A stretch of DNA of 41,419 nucleotides, taken from Candidatus Curtissbacteria bacterium (GTDB lineage Bacteria > Patescibacteriota > Microgenomatia > Curtissbacterales > GWA2-41-24). This document shows, in pieces, positions 16,317 to 23,709 of the stretch (positions within the stretch are counted from its first letter, which is position 1; each line of letters opens with the position of its first letter). The stretch is taken from NCBI GenBank assembly GCA_030688205.1, contig JAUYIQ010000056.1:1-41419 (forward strand), written 5' to 3'. The position numbers were made by a program, and so were the translations under genes. A model generated the notes under the pieces. That model was given only the letters and a program-made list of their open reading frames with translations, searched no databases and was not told where the DNA came from.

Positions 16317-16344
16317 ACTTATGACTTGTAACTTATAACTTCAC
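16317..16344 (+). repeat. heptamer tandem array ACTTATG-ACTTGTA-ACTTATA-ACTTCAC
   Basis: Four 7-nt units filling the spacer immediately upstream of ATG 16347. No Shine-Dalgarno. Confidence 0.7.
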
Positions 16345-16346
16345 AT

Positions 16347-17237
16347 ATGGCAATTCTAGTAAATCGCGAAACAAGAATTTTAATTCAAGGCATTACAGGC
16401 AAACAGGGGAGCAGGGCTTGTTCGGAGATACTTTCTTATGGTGGGAATGTTGTCGGTGGCGTTACACCCGGCAAAGGTGGTCAGGAAGTTAGCGGACTGC
16501 CTGTTTTTAACACCGTTGGAGAAGCTTTGACTGCCCTTGGTGCTGTAGATGTTTCGATGGTTTATGCGCCGCCACTTATTGTTTTGGAGGCGGCTTGCGA
16601 AGCAGTAAATTCTAAAGTTCCACTTGTTCATATTTTTGCGGAAAATGTTCCCATTTTGGATGTTTGCAGAATTTTAACTCTTGCATCAAAGGCGGGTGTT
16701 CGTGTTTTGGGACCAAATTCTGTTGGTGCGATTTCACCAGGCGAAGGAAAGATCGGCTCAATAGGCGGACCGGATCCGGACGCCGTTTTTTCAAGAGGTC
16801 CTGTTGGTGTTATTTCCAAATCCGGCGGGATGTGTAGCGAACTCGGAAACTTGATAACAAGCGGTGGGTTTGGCCAGTCTACAGTTGTAGGTGTAGGTGG
16901 CGATTTGCTTATTGGAATAAGCTTTTCTGACCTTCTTTTAGAGTTTGAGAAGGATAGACAAACTAAATGCGTTGTTGCGTTTGGGGAAGTAGGGGGCAGT
17001 TCCGAAGTTGAGGCGGCAAAATTGATGAAAGAAGGGAAGTTTACGAAACCCTTTATTGTTTATTTGGCGGGTCGTTTTGCCGAAAAGTTGCCGAAAGATA
17101 CGGCGCTTGGACATGCCGGTGCAATTGTCGGGCTTGAAGCTACTATGGATGAGAAAATCAAAATTTTAAAAAATGCCGGAGCTGTAGTTGCTGAGAATTT
17201 TGAGGATATCCCGGGTTTGATTAAATCCGCGATTTAA
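16347..17237 (+). CDS. succinyl-CoA synthetase alpha-like / citryl-CoA synthetase small subunit-like (CoA-binding, phosphohistidine)
   Basis: GGVTPGKGG...GLPVFNTV CoA-binding motif, SKSGGM, and the phosphohistidine loop LGHAGAIV. 296 aa. Confidence 0.9.
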   Translation: MAILVNRETRILIQGITGKQGSRACSEILSYGGNVVGGVTPGKGGQEVSGLPVFNTVGEALTALGAVDVSMVYAPPLIVLEAACEAVNSKVPLVHIFAENVPILDVCRILTLASKAGVRVLGPNSVGAISPGEGKIGSIGGPDPDAVFSRGPVGVISKSGGMCSELGNLITSGGFGQSTVVGVGGDLLIGISFSDLLLEFEKDRQTKCVVAFGEVGGSSEVEAAKLMKEGKFTKPFIVYLAGRFAEKLPKDTALGHAGAIVGLEATMDEKIKILKNAGAVVAENFEDIPGLIKSAI

Positions 17238-17252
17238 CTATATACTTAAGGC

Positions 17253-17990
17253 ATGGCTCGAGCTTATCGCACCGCAATTACCACTCACGTTGACGGAGGG
17301 CTTTACGTTTACGGACACAATTTAGTCGATCTTGCCGGAAATACTTCTTTTGCAAAAGCTATTTTTCTAATTTTAAAAGGCGAAATGCCGGATAAGTCTT
17401 CCGAGAAGATGTTCGAGGCAATTTTGACTGTTGCCATAGATCACGGTGTAGAACCAGCTTCCGTGGTGGCCGCAAGAAATATTTATTCGGGTGGAAGTCC
17501 GGTTCAGGCTGCGGTTGCGGGGGGAATTTTGGCGCTGGGTGAATTTCATGGCGGTGCAATTGAGGCTGCGATGGAGAACTTCAAAAAATACGAATCGGTG
17601 GGAGTAAAAAGGTTAGTTGAGGATTTTGCAAAAAGCGGTACGCGGGTTGCAGGATTCGGACATAGACTATACGACACCGATCCAAGAACGCAGAGACTTT
17701 TGGAAGTTGCAAAACAAAACGGATTTTTTGGTAAATATGTTAAGTTTGCACTTTTGTGCGAAGGGGAGATATCTAAGGGTGGTAAGAAATTACCATTGAA
17801 CATAGATGGTATTGTCGCTGCACTTTTACTGGAGATGGATTTTAATCCGAAAGTAGGAAAAGGTGTTTTTATTATCGCCAGAACTCCAGGACTTGTTGCT
17901 CATGTTGTGGAGGAAGCGCTTCGCGAGAAACCTGTTCGCAGGCTTTTGGAAAAAGACGTTGAGTACGATGGGCCAAGGCCACGGAAATGA
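17253..17990 (+). CDS. short citrate-synthase-fold protein, citryl-CoA lyase-like
   Basis: 245 aa. Carries the catalytic-type motifs EFHGGA and GFGHRLYDTDPR but lacks the N-terminal half of a true citrate synthase. Confidence 0.8.
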   Translation: MARAYRTAITTHVDGGLYVYGHNLVDLAGNTSFAKAIFLILKGEMPDKSSEKMFEAILTVAIDHGVEPASVVAARNIYSGGSPVQAAVAGGILALGEFHGGAIEAAMENFKKYESVGVKRLVEDFAKSGTRVAGFGHRLYDTDPRTQRLLEVAKQNGFFGKYVKFALLCEGEISKGGKKLPLNIDGIVAALLLEMDFNPKVGKGVFIIARTPGLVAHVVEEALREKPVRRLLEKDVEYDGPRPRK

Positions 17991-18505
17991 TAATCTTCGG
18001 CATAGATCCCGGTACGGCTACCACTGGCTATGGGATAATAAAGTCTGATTCCGACAGGACGAAAAACGGATTCGAACTGGTAGAATACGGATGTATAGTC
18101 ACCCCCAAAGAGCAGGAAATGCCTCTGAGGCTTTATAGTATCCAAAAAGAGTTATCTAAGCTGTTGAAATTGCATAAACCTGATTGTGTAGTGGTTGAAC
18201 AATTGTTCTTTGGCGTTAATTCCAGAACAGCTATGACTGTTGGCCAGGCCAGGGGAGTAGTGCTCTCAACGGCTGCTGGCTATAGGCTTCCCATTTTTGA
18301 ATATCAGGGATTGCATGTAAAGCGTACGTTAACCGGTAGTGGCAAATCTGATAAACGCGAAATACAAAAATACGTAATGAAATACTTGAACAAAAGGAAG
18401 TTAAAAAAGCCCCTTCTGATAGGAAAGGGCAAAGGGTATATTGATGATGCTGCGGATGCACTTGCTGTTGCTATTTGTCATGTAATTAAAATCAGTGTAG
18501 CGTGA
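17987..18505 (+). CDS. ruvC: crossover junction endodeoxyribonuclease RuvC
   Basis: N-terminus IFGIDPGTATTGYGII and a C-terminal DDAADALAVAICH acidic catalytic motif. Confidence 0.92.
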   Translation: MIIFGIDPGTATTGYGIIKSDSDRTKNGFELVEYGCIVTPKEQEMPLRLYSIQKELSKLLKLHKPDCVVVEQLFFGVNSRTAMTVGQARGVVLSTAAGYRLPIFEYQGLHVKRTLTGSGKSDKREIQKYVMKYLNKRKLKKPLLIGKGKGYIDDAADALAVAICHVIKISVA

Positions 18506-19311
18506 AATTACCTGATCTTCACAAAATTACTTCATACGAGATAACTAAGCGTCAAAAGATAGTTTTGATGGCGCTTTTTTTAACGGTTGTTTTAATTACT
18601 ACCCAGACAGTGGGGGAATCAGTAAGATATCAGACTATTGGTTTCCTGACTCTAGCTACTGTTTTACTTTCGATTTTTGCATTGTGGGGAGAATTGTCGG
18701 GAGTCAAATACTTTTTGCTTCTTTTGTTACCGGCGTATTTTGTTGCGGGTGCTTCGCTTTTTTACTTTTTACTACCGGTGAGATGGCTGACCAGGTTGCC
18801 GTTTGCAGCTTTATTTGGGGTTTCGGTGTACTTACTGATGCTTACGTCAAACATTTATAACGTTGCGTCCATTCGAACAATTGCACTACTTCGGGCAGCA
18901 AATGCTGTTGGCTTATTGTTTTCACTTGTTTCTACTTTTTTTCTTACAAACGTACTATTTTCTCTTCATTTTCCGTTTTACCTTAATGTTATTGGAATAG
19001 CTTTAATAACCGGCCCACTGTATTTGGTGGGGGTTTGGGCGAGTGAACTTGAGGATTATATTTCCCAACGGGCTTTTTGGTACGCTGTTGTATTTACTAT
19101 GGTAACTTCTCAGGTGGGGCTTGTACTTTCTTTTTGGCCAATCGTACCCATAAACGGAGCTTTGGCAATTGCGACTGTTATGTATGCACTGTTGGGGCTT
19201 TCTCAGCTTTATTTGGAAGATAAACTCAAAAGCAGAGTGTTATGGGAACATATAGGTGTGGCACTTTTGGTTTTTGTGATTATCACAATTTCAACAAGGT
19301 GGGGCGGATAG
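18502..19311 (+). CDS. hypothetical polytopic membrane protein
   Basis: 269 aa with about 8 predicted TM helices. GTG start overlapping the ruvC stop (GTGA). Confidence 0.7.
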   Translation: MKLPDLHKITSYEITKRQKIVLMALFLTVVLITTQTVGESVRYQTIGFLTLATVLLSIFALWGELSGVKYFLLLLLPAYFVAGASLFYFLLPVRWLTRLPFAALFGVSVYLLMLTSNIYNVASIRTIALLRAANAVGLLFSLVSTFFLTNVLFSLHFPFYLNVIGIALITGPLYLVGVWASELEDYISQRAFWYAVVFTMVTSQVGLVLSFWPIVPINGALAIATVMYALLGLSQLYLEDKLKSRVLWEHIGVALLVFVIITISTRWGG

Positions 19312-19348
19312 AGGAGACCTATAGTTAATATAGGGGGAGAGGGTTAAG

Positions 19349-19383
19349 TAGTGATTAGTGCGTAGTGATTAGTGATTAGTTAG
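19349..19383 (+). repeat. heptamer array TAGTGAT-TAGTGCG-TAGTGAT-TAGTGAT-TAGTTAG
   Basis: Five 7-nt units. Followed by a TTAGCTTCA(A/G)A x2 direct repeat at 19380-19401. Confidence 0.8.
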
Positions 19384-19420
19384 CTTCAAATTAGCTTCAG
19401 AAATATCTGCAAAAAAGAGT

Positions 19421-19455
19421 AGGACAGAGGAGACAGGGTAGAGGAACAGGTGATA
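19421..19455 (+). repeat. degenerate purine-rich heptamer array AGGACAG-AGGAGAC-AGGGTAG-AGGAACA-GGTGATA
   Basis: AGG recurs with a period of 7. Confidence 0.5.
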
Positions 19456-19561
19456 TAGTCTGATACTGTTATAGCAATGTGAAAAAAATGGGGCAGTAGC
19501 GTGAAAAGAAATTATGGGTCATAAGTCCGAAGATTTTCCGAAGGCCTGTTTTTGAGGTTTG

Positions 19562-19705
19562 ATGAGTCAAGAGACAGACAAAATATTGACAGACATATTA
19601 TCGGGTAGAGTTGAGGTTCTTTCTCTTCTTACAATTGCTCAAAGAAAAACCGAATGTTTTGGCGGTTTCGTGAAAAGAGTGCTAAACGGAAAAGCGACGT
19701 ATTGA
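19562..19705 (+). CDS. candidate 47-aa ORF inside the noncoding island
   Basis: ATG preceded by TTGAGGTTTG (GAGG at 4-nt spacing). Translation: MSQETDKILTDILSGRVEVLSLLTIAQRKTECFGGFVKRVLNGKATY. No homology recognised. Confidence 0.25.
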   Translation: MSQETDKILTDILSGRVEVLSLLTIAQRKTECFGGFVKRVLNGKATY

Positions 19706-19747
19706 GATGTTTTGGGAGAAGAGGTCTATTAGGGTAGAAACAGTGAT

Positions 19748-19775
19748 AAATTTTCAATTTCCAATTTCCAATTTC
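19748..19775 (+). repeat. heptamer array AAATTTT-(CAATTTC)x3
   Basis: Three perfect CAATTTC units at 19755-19775. Confidence 0.8.
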
Positions 19776-19892
19776 CACTGAATTTGTGACACACAATTCT
19801 CCGGGGAGGGTCATATCTCCTTTTATCTAATGCGTCGCACAATGATACTTTTGCGACGTAAGCCGAGGCTAGGTAGGGAGTGTAGGCTAATT

Positions 19893-19927
19893 AATTCAAA
19901 ATTCAAAGTTCTAATTTCAAAGTTGTA
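19893..19927 (+). repeat. heptamer array AATTCAA-AATTCAA-AGTTCTA-ATTTCAA-AGTTGTA
   Basis: Five 7-nt units, two of them perfect. Confidence 0.7.
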
Positions 19928-20232
19928 TTTTCCCCAATTTACCCCTTTTGTCGTTGTTATTCTTCGCTTATTTGTCGGTCCATATTGATGCACTTATCCC
20001 CTGTTAATACCAATAAGATTTTTTAAGCCTCTGTTTGAACTCAATTTCACACTTCGCTTTTTGGAAATAAGCTCAGTAAAAACACTTTGGATGACTGTTT
20101 GGCCTTAGTGAAACGCAGGATAAACGACTGTTTATCCTATTGGGGCAGCAAAAAGGCGTTGTAGGGGCTCTGGCGGGCTTGTAGGTTTAAAAATGTTTAA
20201 GGTAAAATATTATTTCTGCCAAATATTGCTGT

Positions 20233-21732
20233 ATGGATATACTAGACTTAGAAGATCAGCTTTCCAAATTTATTTATGAACTTGAAACCGAAGACCGTTT
20301 GGTTCGAGTTGGTTTAAAAGATACTGCCGAAAGTTCTAAGATTTACAAAAAATACAAAAGTATATTCACCGAAAAAAATCTTTCTGAGATTCAGGCACTG
20401 ATTTCAAAAACAAAAAACCCCGGGACACGTGATATATATAAGCGAATTTATTTCACGATAGCAGGAAGTTTTATCGGGCTTGCAACCGCTTCATCAGAAG
20501 ACCAGATAACCACTTATTTTTCGGGTGCAAAAGTTAAGGTTGCGGGCGAAGAAATTCCATACTATGAGCTGATGCCTAGAATTTCAAAAGACACGGTATT
20601 TGAAAAACGAGAGAGACTGGACGACGCAGGAACTTCTGTGGTTTCAAAAGTTAATTCTAAACGATTAAAACTTGTGCAAGATGAATTGAAACTAATCAAG
20701 AAGCTTGGATTTTCAGACTATGTTGATTATTTTTCCAAAGGGAAAAAGATGGATTATGCGAAGTTTTACAAAGTTGTGAATAAGATTACGAAGGAAACGG
20801 ATAAGATCTGGAATAAGGTTATGTTTCAGGTGTCTCAGGAGGTTTTCAAGAGGCCTTTTGTCAATATTCGCTCATGCCACCTGGCATATTTAAGGTCTAT
20901 CTCGATGTATGACAATTATTATCCAAAAGAAAAAGTTGTGCCAACATTTTTAAAATGGACGCAAGATATTGGTTTAGCCGATTTGATTCCTTCAATTCAG
21001 ATTGATGACCGCGACAGGCCAAAGAAAAATCCAAGGGCCGTTTGCTATTGGCCAAAGCCACCGGAGGAGATTCATTTGGTTATAAAACCCATCGGTGGCG
21101 AACAGGATTTTGAGGCTTTATTTCATGAAGGTGGTCATGCTCTGCATGGGGCGTCTGTTTCTGTAAAACTCCCTTACACCCTTCGCGCACTCGCCCACTC
21201 TAATGCACTCACCGAAACATATGCGTTTTTATTGGAAGACATGGTTTTTGATCCCGATTTTCTGACCTCTTACCTGAACGTAAGCTCTTTTACCGGCAAT
21301 AAAATCAAATGGCAGGCATATTTTGTAAACCTTATGATGCTCCGGCGTTATTTGGGAAAATTCTCATATGAATATGAAATGTTTTCAAAAGGTGCAATTT
21401 CTAAAGGTCCGCTTCTCTACTCTAAGAATTTACAAAGAACTACCGGATTTATAACTAAGCGCGAAAATTGGCTTGCCGATATGGATGGTGGATTTTATAG
21501 TGCGGATTATCTACGTGCCTGGATATCTGCCGCTCAGATTCACGATTATATCAAGAGAAAATTCGGTAAGAAATGGTTTGTTAACGGGAAGACCGGAGAG
21601 TTTTTGCGAAAACTCTACTCACGAGGGGTTACGGATGAGATTGAGGATGTGGTGACAAGATTAGGATACAAGCCTTGGGATACGAGTTATTTGATTAGCG
21701 GCTATCGAGACGTTCTTGGTAAGGGTGAGTAA
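20233..21732 (+). CDS. M3-family (oligoendopeptidase F-like) zinc metallopeptidase
   Basis: HExxH motif in the context FHEGGHALHG. 499 aa. Confidence 0.68.
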   Translation: MDILDLEDQLSKFIYELETEDRLVRVGLKDTAESSKIYKKYKSIFTEKNLSEIQALISKTKNPGTRDIYKRIYFTIAGSFIGLATASSEDQITTYFSGAKVKVAGEEIPYYELMPRISKDTVFEKRERLDDAGTSVVSKVNSKRLKLVQDELKLIKKLGFSDYVDYFSKGKKMDYAKFYKVVNKITKETDKIWNKVMFQVSQEVFKRPFVNIRSCHLAYLRSISMYDNYYPKEKVVPTFLKWTQDIGLADLIPSIQIDDRDRPKKNPRAVCYWPKPPEEIHLVIKPIGGEQDFEALFHEGGHALHGASVSVKLPYTLRALAHSNALTETYAFLLEDMVFDPDFLTSYLNVSSFTGNKIKWQAYFVNLMMLRRYLGKFSYEYEMFSKGAISKGPLLYSKNLQRTTGFITKRENWLADMDGGFYSADYLRAWISAAQIHDYIKRKFGKKWFVNGKTGEFLRKLYSRGVTDEIEDVVTRLGYKPWDTSYLISGYRDVLGKGE

Positions 21733-22141
21733 TTGTTACCAGGTCATTTATAAATTTGATTCTTATGTCTGGTAACCCTCGCATATTTTCCTTTCTGTCG
21801 AACCTATAGAGATCCATAGTTTTGCCTTGAGCATAAGGGATATATTCGGGAATGAAAATGGAAAAAAGGGTCAATGCCATCTGATCTGGTGTGGGATTAT
21901 CTGACAGAATCGGTACAATTGGTTCATTGAGATAGGATGCTTTCTGTTCCTCTTGAAGTGTTTTAATTGTAACAAGTTTGGCAGGTAATGCTATTGCGAG
22001 CCATCGGCGTGGTTTCTTGCTAATATAAATCCGAAACCTTCCATCTTCTTCCTGACGAAAATATAGATTTAAACGCTGACGTCTTTCGACGTCTGCTTCT
22101 ATTTCTTCCTGAAACGCTACAAACGGGCCTAAATTTTCCAT
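21695..22141 (-). CDS. hypothetical protein
   Basis: 148-aa ORF with TGaTAAAAT 6 nt upstream of the ATG. Its 3' end overlaps the convergent peptidase gene by 38 nt. Confidence 0.6.
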   Translation of the reverse strand: MENLGPFVAFQEEIEADVERRQRLNLYFRQEEDGRFRIYISKKPRRWLAIALPAKLVTIKTLQEEQKASYLNEPIVPILSDNPTPDQMALTLFSIFIPEYIPYAQGKTMDLYRFDRKENMRGLPDIRIKFINDLVTITHPYQERLDSR

Positions 22142-22147
22142 GGCTGA

Positions 22148-22156
22148 ATTTTATCA
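22148..22156 (-). promoter_or_regulatory. extended -10 (TGaTAAAAT) 6 nt upstream of ATG 22141
   Basis: Minus-strand TGATAAAAT within the 39-nt spacer after pyrH. Confidence 0.45.
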
Positions 22157-22180
22157 CAAATTGGCTATAATTACTATGGG

Positions 22181-22891
22181 TTAGGAAATGAGGGTGCCGA
22201 CTTGCTCGCCTGACGAAGCTTTTGCGATGTTGCCTTCTTTGGCAAGATCAAAAACCATTATTGGTATTTTGTGGTCCATGCAAAGTGAAAGTGCGCTGTT
22301 GTCCATAATCCCGATGTCGCGACTTGCAATTGCTTCGTTATACGATAGATGGTCGAATTTTTTAGCATCCTTGTTTTTTGTTGGGTCGCGGTCATATACC
22401 CCATCGACTTTAGTTGCTTTTAGGATTATTTCGCATTCGGTTTCTAAGGCTCGTAGTGAGGCTGCTGTGTCTGTTGTGAAATAAGGATTCCCTGTTCCTC
22501 CTGCAAATATGACCACTCTCCCCTTTTCCAGGTGCCTTATTGCCCTTCTTCTTATATAAGGTTCGCAGACATCTTTGATTTCTATTGAAGAAAGCACTCT
22601 TGCCGGTTGTTTTTCCTTTTCTAATGCTGCTTGGAGAGCAAGCGAGTTCATGATTGTTGCAAGCATACCTATGTAGTCCCCGACTGTGCGTTCGAGGCCG
22701 TGCTCTTCTGCTGATGTTCCACGAAAGATGTTTCCGCCTCCAACCACGATTGCAATTTGCGTTCCGTCTTTTTGCGCTTTAATGATTTCTCTTGCAAGCC
22801 ACTCTGTGAATTTGGGGTCAATGCCGTATTCTCTTTCGCCAAGAAAAGCTTCGCCGGAGAGTTTTAGAAGTATTCTTTTGTATTTGGTCAT
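22181..22891 (-). CDS. pyrH: UMP kinase
   Basis: KRILLKLSGEA..., VVGGGNIFRG and TTDTAA motifs. 236 aa. Confidence 0.96.
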   Translation of the reverse strand: MTKYKRILLKLSGEAFLGEREYGIDPKFTEWLAREIIKAQKDGTQIAIVVGGGNIFRGTSAEEHGLERTVGDYIGMLATIMNSLALQAALEKEKQPARVLSSIEIKDVCEPYIRRRAIRHLEKGRVVIFAGGTGNPYFTTDTAASLRALETECEIILKATKVDGVYDRDPTKNKDAKKFDHLSYNEAIASRDIGIMDNSALSLCMDHKIPIMVFDLAKEGNIAKASSGEQVGTLIS

Positions 22892-22898
22892 TTAAAAT

Positions 22899-22907
22899 AT
22901 TGTAACA
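22899..22907 (-). promoter_or_regulatory. extended -10 (TGtTACAAT) 7 nt upstream of the pyrH ATG (leaderless geometry)
   Basis: Minus-strand TGTTACAAT, then attttaa, then ATG at 22891. No Shine-Dalgarno. Confidence 0.5.
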
Positions 22908-22940
22908 GCCGGTTTTTTAGTTGTCGATAATTAAACTTTT

Positions 22941-23528
22941 TCAAACAGTAATGGCTGTTCGGATTTCAACAAATCGCGGTGTAGGTTTGATGGAATTAAA
23001 ATGATAAAGGATAACTATTCCATTGATAACCGTAGGGAAAATTAGTTCTCTGCCTCTGTTGACTCTAATTTTGGCCAGTCCGTCTATAGATAAGTCAAGA
23101 GCTTGTTTGATAATTGGTCTAGGGTTTCCGGTAAGATTCAGATTCATTCCTGGAGTGAGGGCTTTTAGAAGTGCATCGGCAGCCGCAAGCGTTTGGGTAT
23201 TGTGGTTGCGAGTTCCTGATTCGTCCAAAGTTTTATAATCTACACTATGTTTTTGATCGATTGCTGCCAGATCAACAGCCATTGGTTGATCATTAGACTG
23301 TTTTTTGTGAATTGTGCCGGCTTTAAGTTTGCAGATTGCTTCAAGCATTTTTAGCCTGTCGATTAAAAATCCTTGTCCTTCCGGGGATAACCTTTGTGCT
23401 TTATCAGCGATGGATCTGGCAATTGATTGAAATTGAAGAGTTCTTCTCCTATATTTTTCATCCCACTCTGCAAGACTTATAGTAAGAGGTTCCCTATCCT
23501 TTTCGACTTGTTGCTTTTCAGGCGTCAT
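22941..23528 (-). CDS. hypothetical protein
   Basis: 195-aa ORF with a consensus promoter upstream. No recognisable motif. Confidence 0.62.
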   Translation of the reverse strand: MTPEKQQVEKDREPLTISLAEWDEKYRRRTLQFQSIARSIADKAQRLSPEGQGFLIDRLKMLEAICKLKAGTIHKKQSNDQPMAVDLAAIDQKHSVDYKTLDESGTRNHNTQTLAAADALLKALTPGMNLNLTGNPRPIIKQALDLSIDGLAKIRVNRGRELIFPTVINGIVILYHFNSIKPTPRFVEIRTAITV

Positions 23529-23541
23529 TTATACCCTATAG

Positions 23542-23570
23542 AGTTTAATGCAAATTGAGCACTTTGTCAA
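23542..23570 (-). promoter_or_regulatory. promoter TTGACA-17 nt-TAAACT, 13 nt upstream of ATG 23528
   Basis: Perfect -35 at 23565-23570, 17-nt spacer, -10 at 23542-23547. Confidence 0.55.
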
Positions 23571-23629
23571 TTAATTGTTAATATTTAAAGAAGTATGTCG
23601 CACAATTTTGGGGTTTGCTTCCCTGTTGT

Positions 23630-23659
23630 TTGATTTTGAAGTTGGGAGCGTCGTAGAAT
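23630..23659 (+). promoter_or_regulatory. candidate promoter TTGATT-18 nt-TAGAAT for the recombinase gene
   Basis: -35 at 23630-23635 and -10 at 23654-23659. This would place the heptamer array in the ~45-nt 5' UTR. Confidence 0.4.
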
Positions 23660-23664
23660 AGAAT

Positions 23665-23699
23665 TAGTGATTAGTGCCTGGTGGTTAGTGATTAGTCAC
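23665..23699 (+). repeat. heptamer array TAGTGAT-TAGTGCC-TGGTGGT-TAGTGAT-TAGTCAC
   Basis: Five 7-nt units ending 10 nt before ATG 23710. Same unit as at 19349 and closely related to the one at 37231. Confidence 0.8.
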
Positions 23700-23709
23700 T
23701 ACATAAATT

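Noticed and set aside
19629-19814. 61-aa minus-strand ORF in the island.
   Set aside because: It has no RBS or promoter, runs through the CAATTTC repeat array, and is Leu/Phe/Arg-rich low-complexity sequence.
19349-19927. The heptamer arrays as a CRISPR array.
   Set aside because: The units are 7 nt and directly adjacent, with no spacers. No cas genes are in the window.
19312-20232. Known structured RNAs (RNase P RNA, tmRNA, SRP RNA) in the 921-bp island.
   Set aside because: Only a 7-nt AAGTCCG match to the RNase P CR-I motif was found. There is no complementary P4 strand, no GGUAAGAGC-type CR-IV, no tmRNA tRNA-like ends and no SRP GGAA/AGCA motif. By eye these RNAs are not supported; a covariance-model scan is still needed.
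23597-23606. Shared 10-mer GTCGCACAAT (also at 19834-19843) and shared 11-mer TTCAAATTAGC (119-129 and 19386-19396) as possible regulatory motifs.
   Set aside because: Matches of 10-11 nt are expected many times by chance between positions of a 41-kb AT-rich window. Only the 22-nt repeat is clearly non-random.
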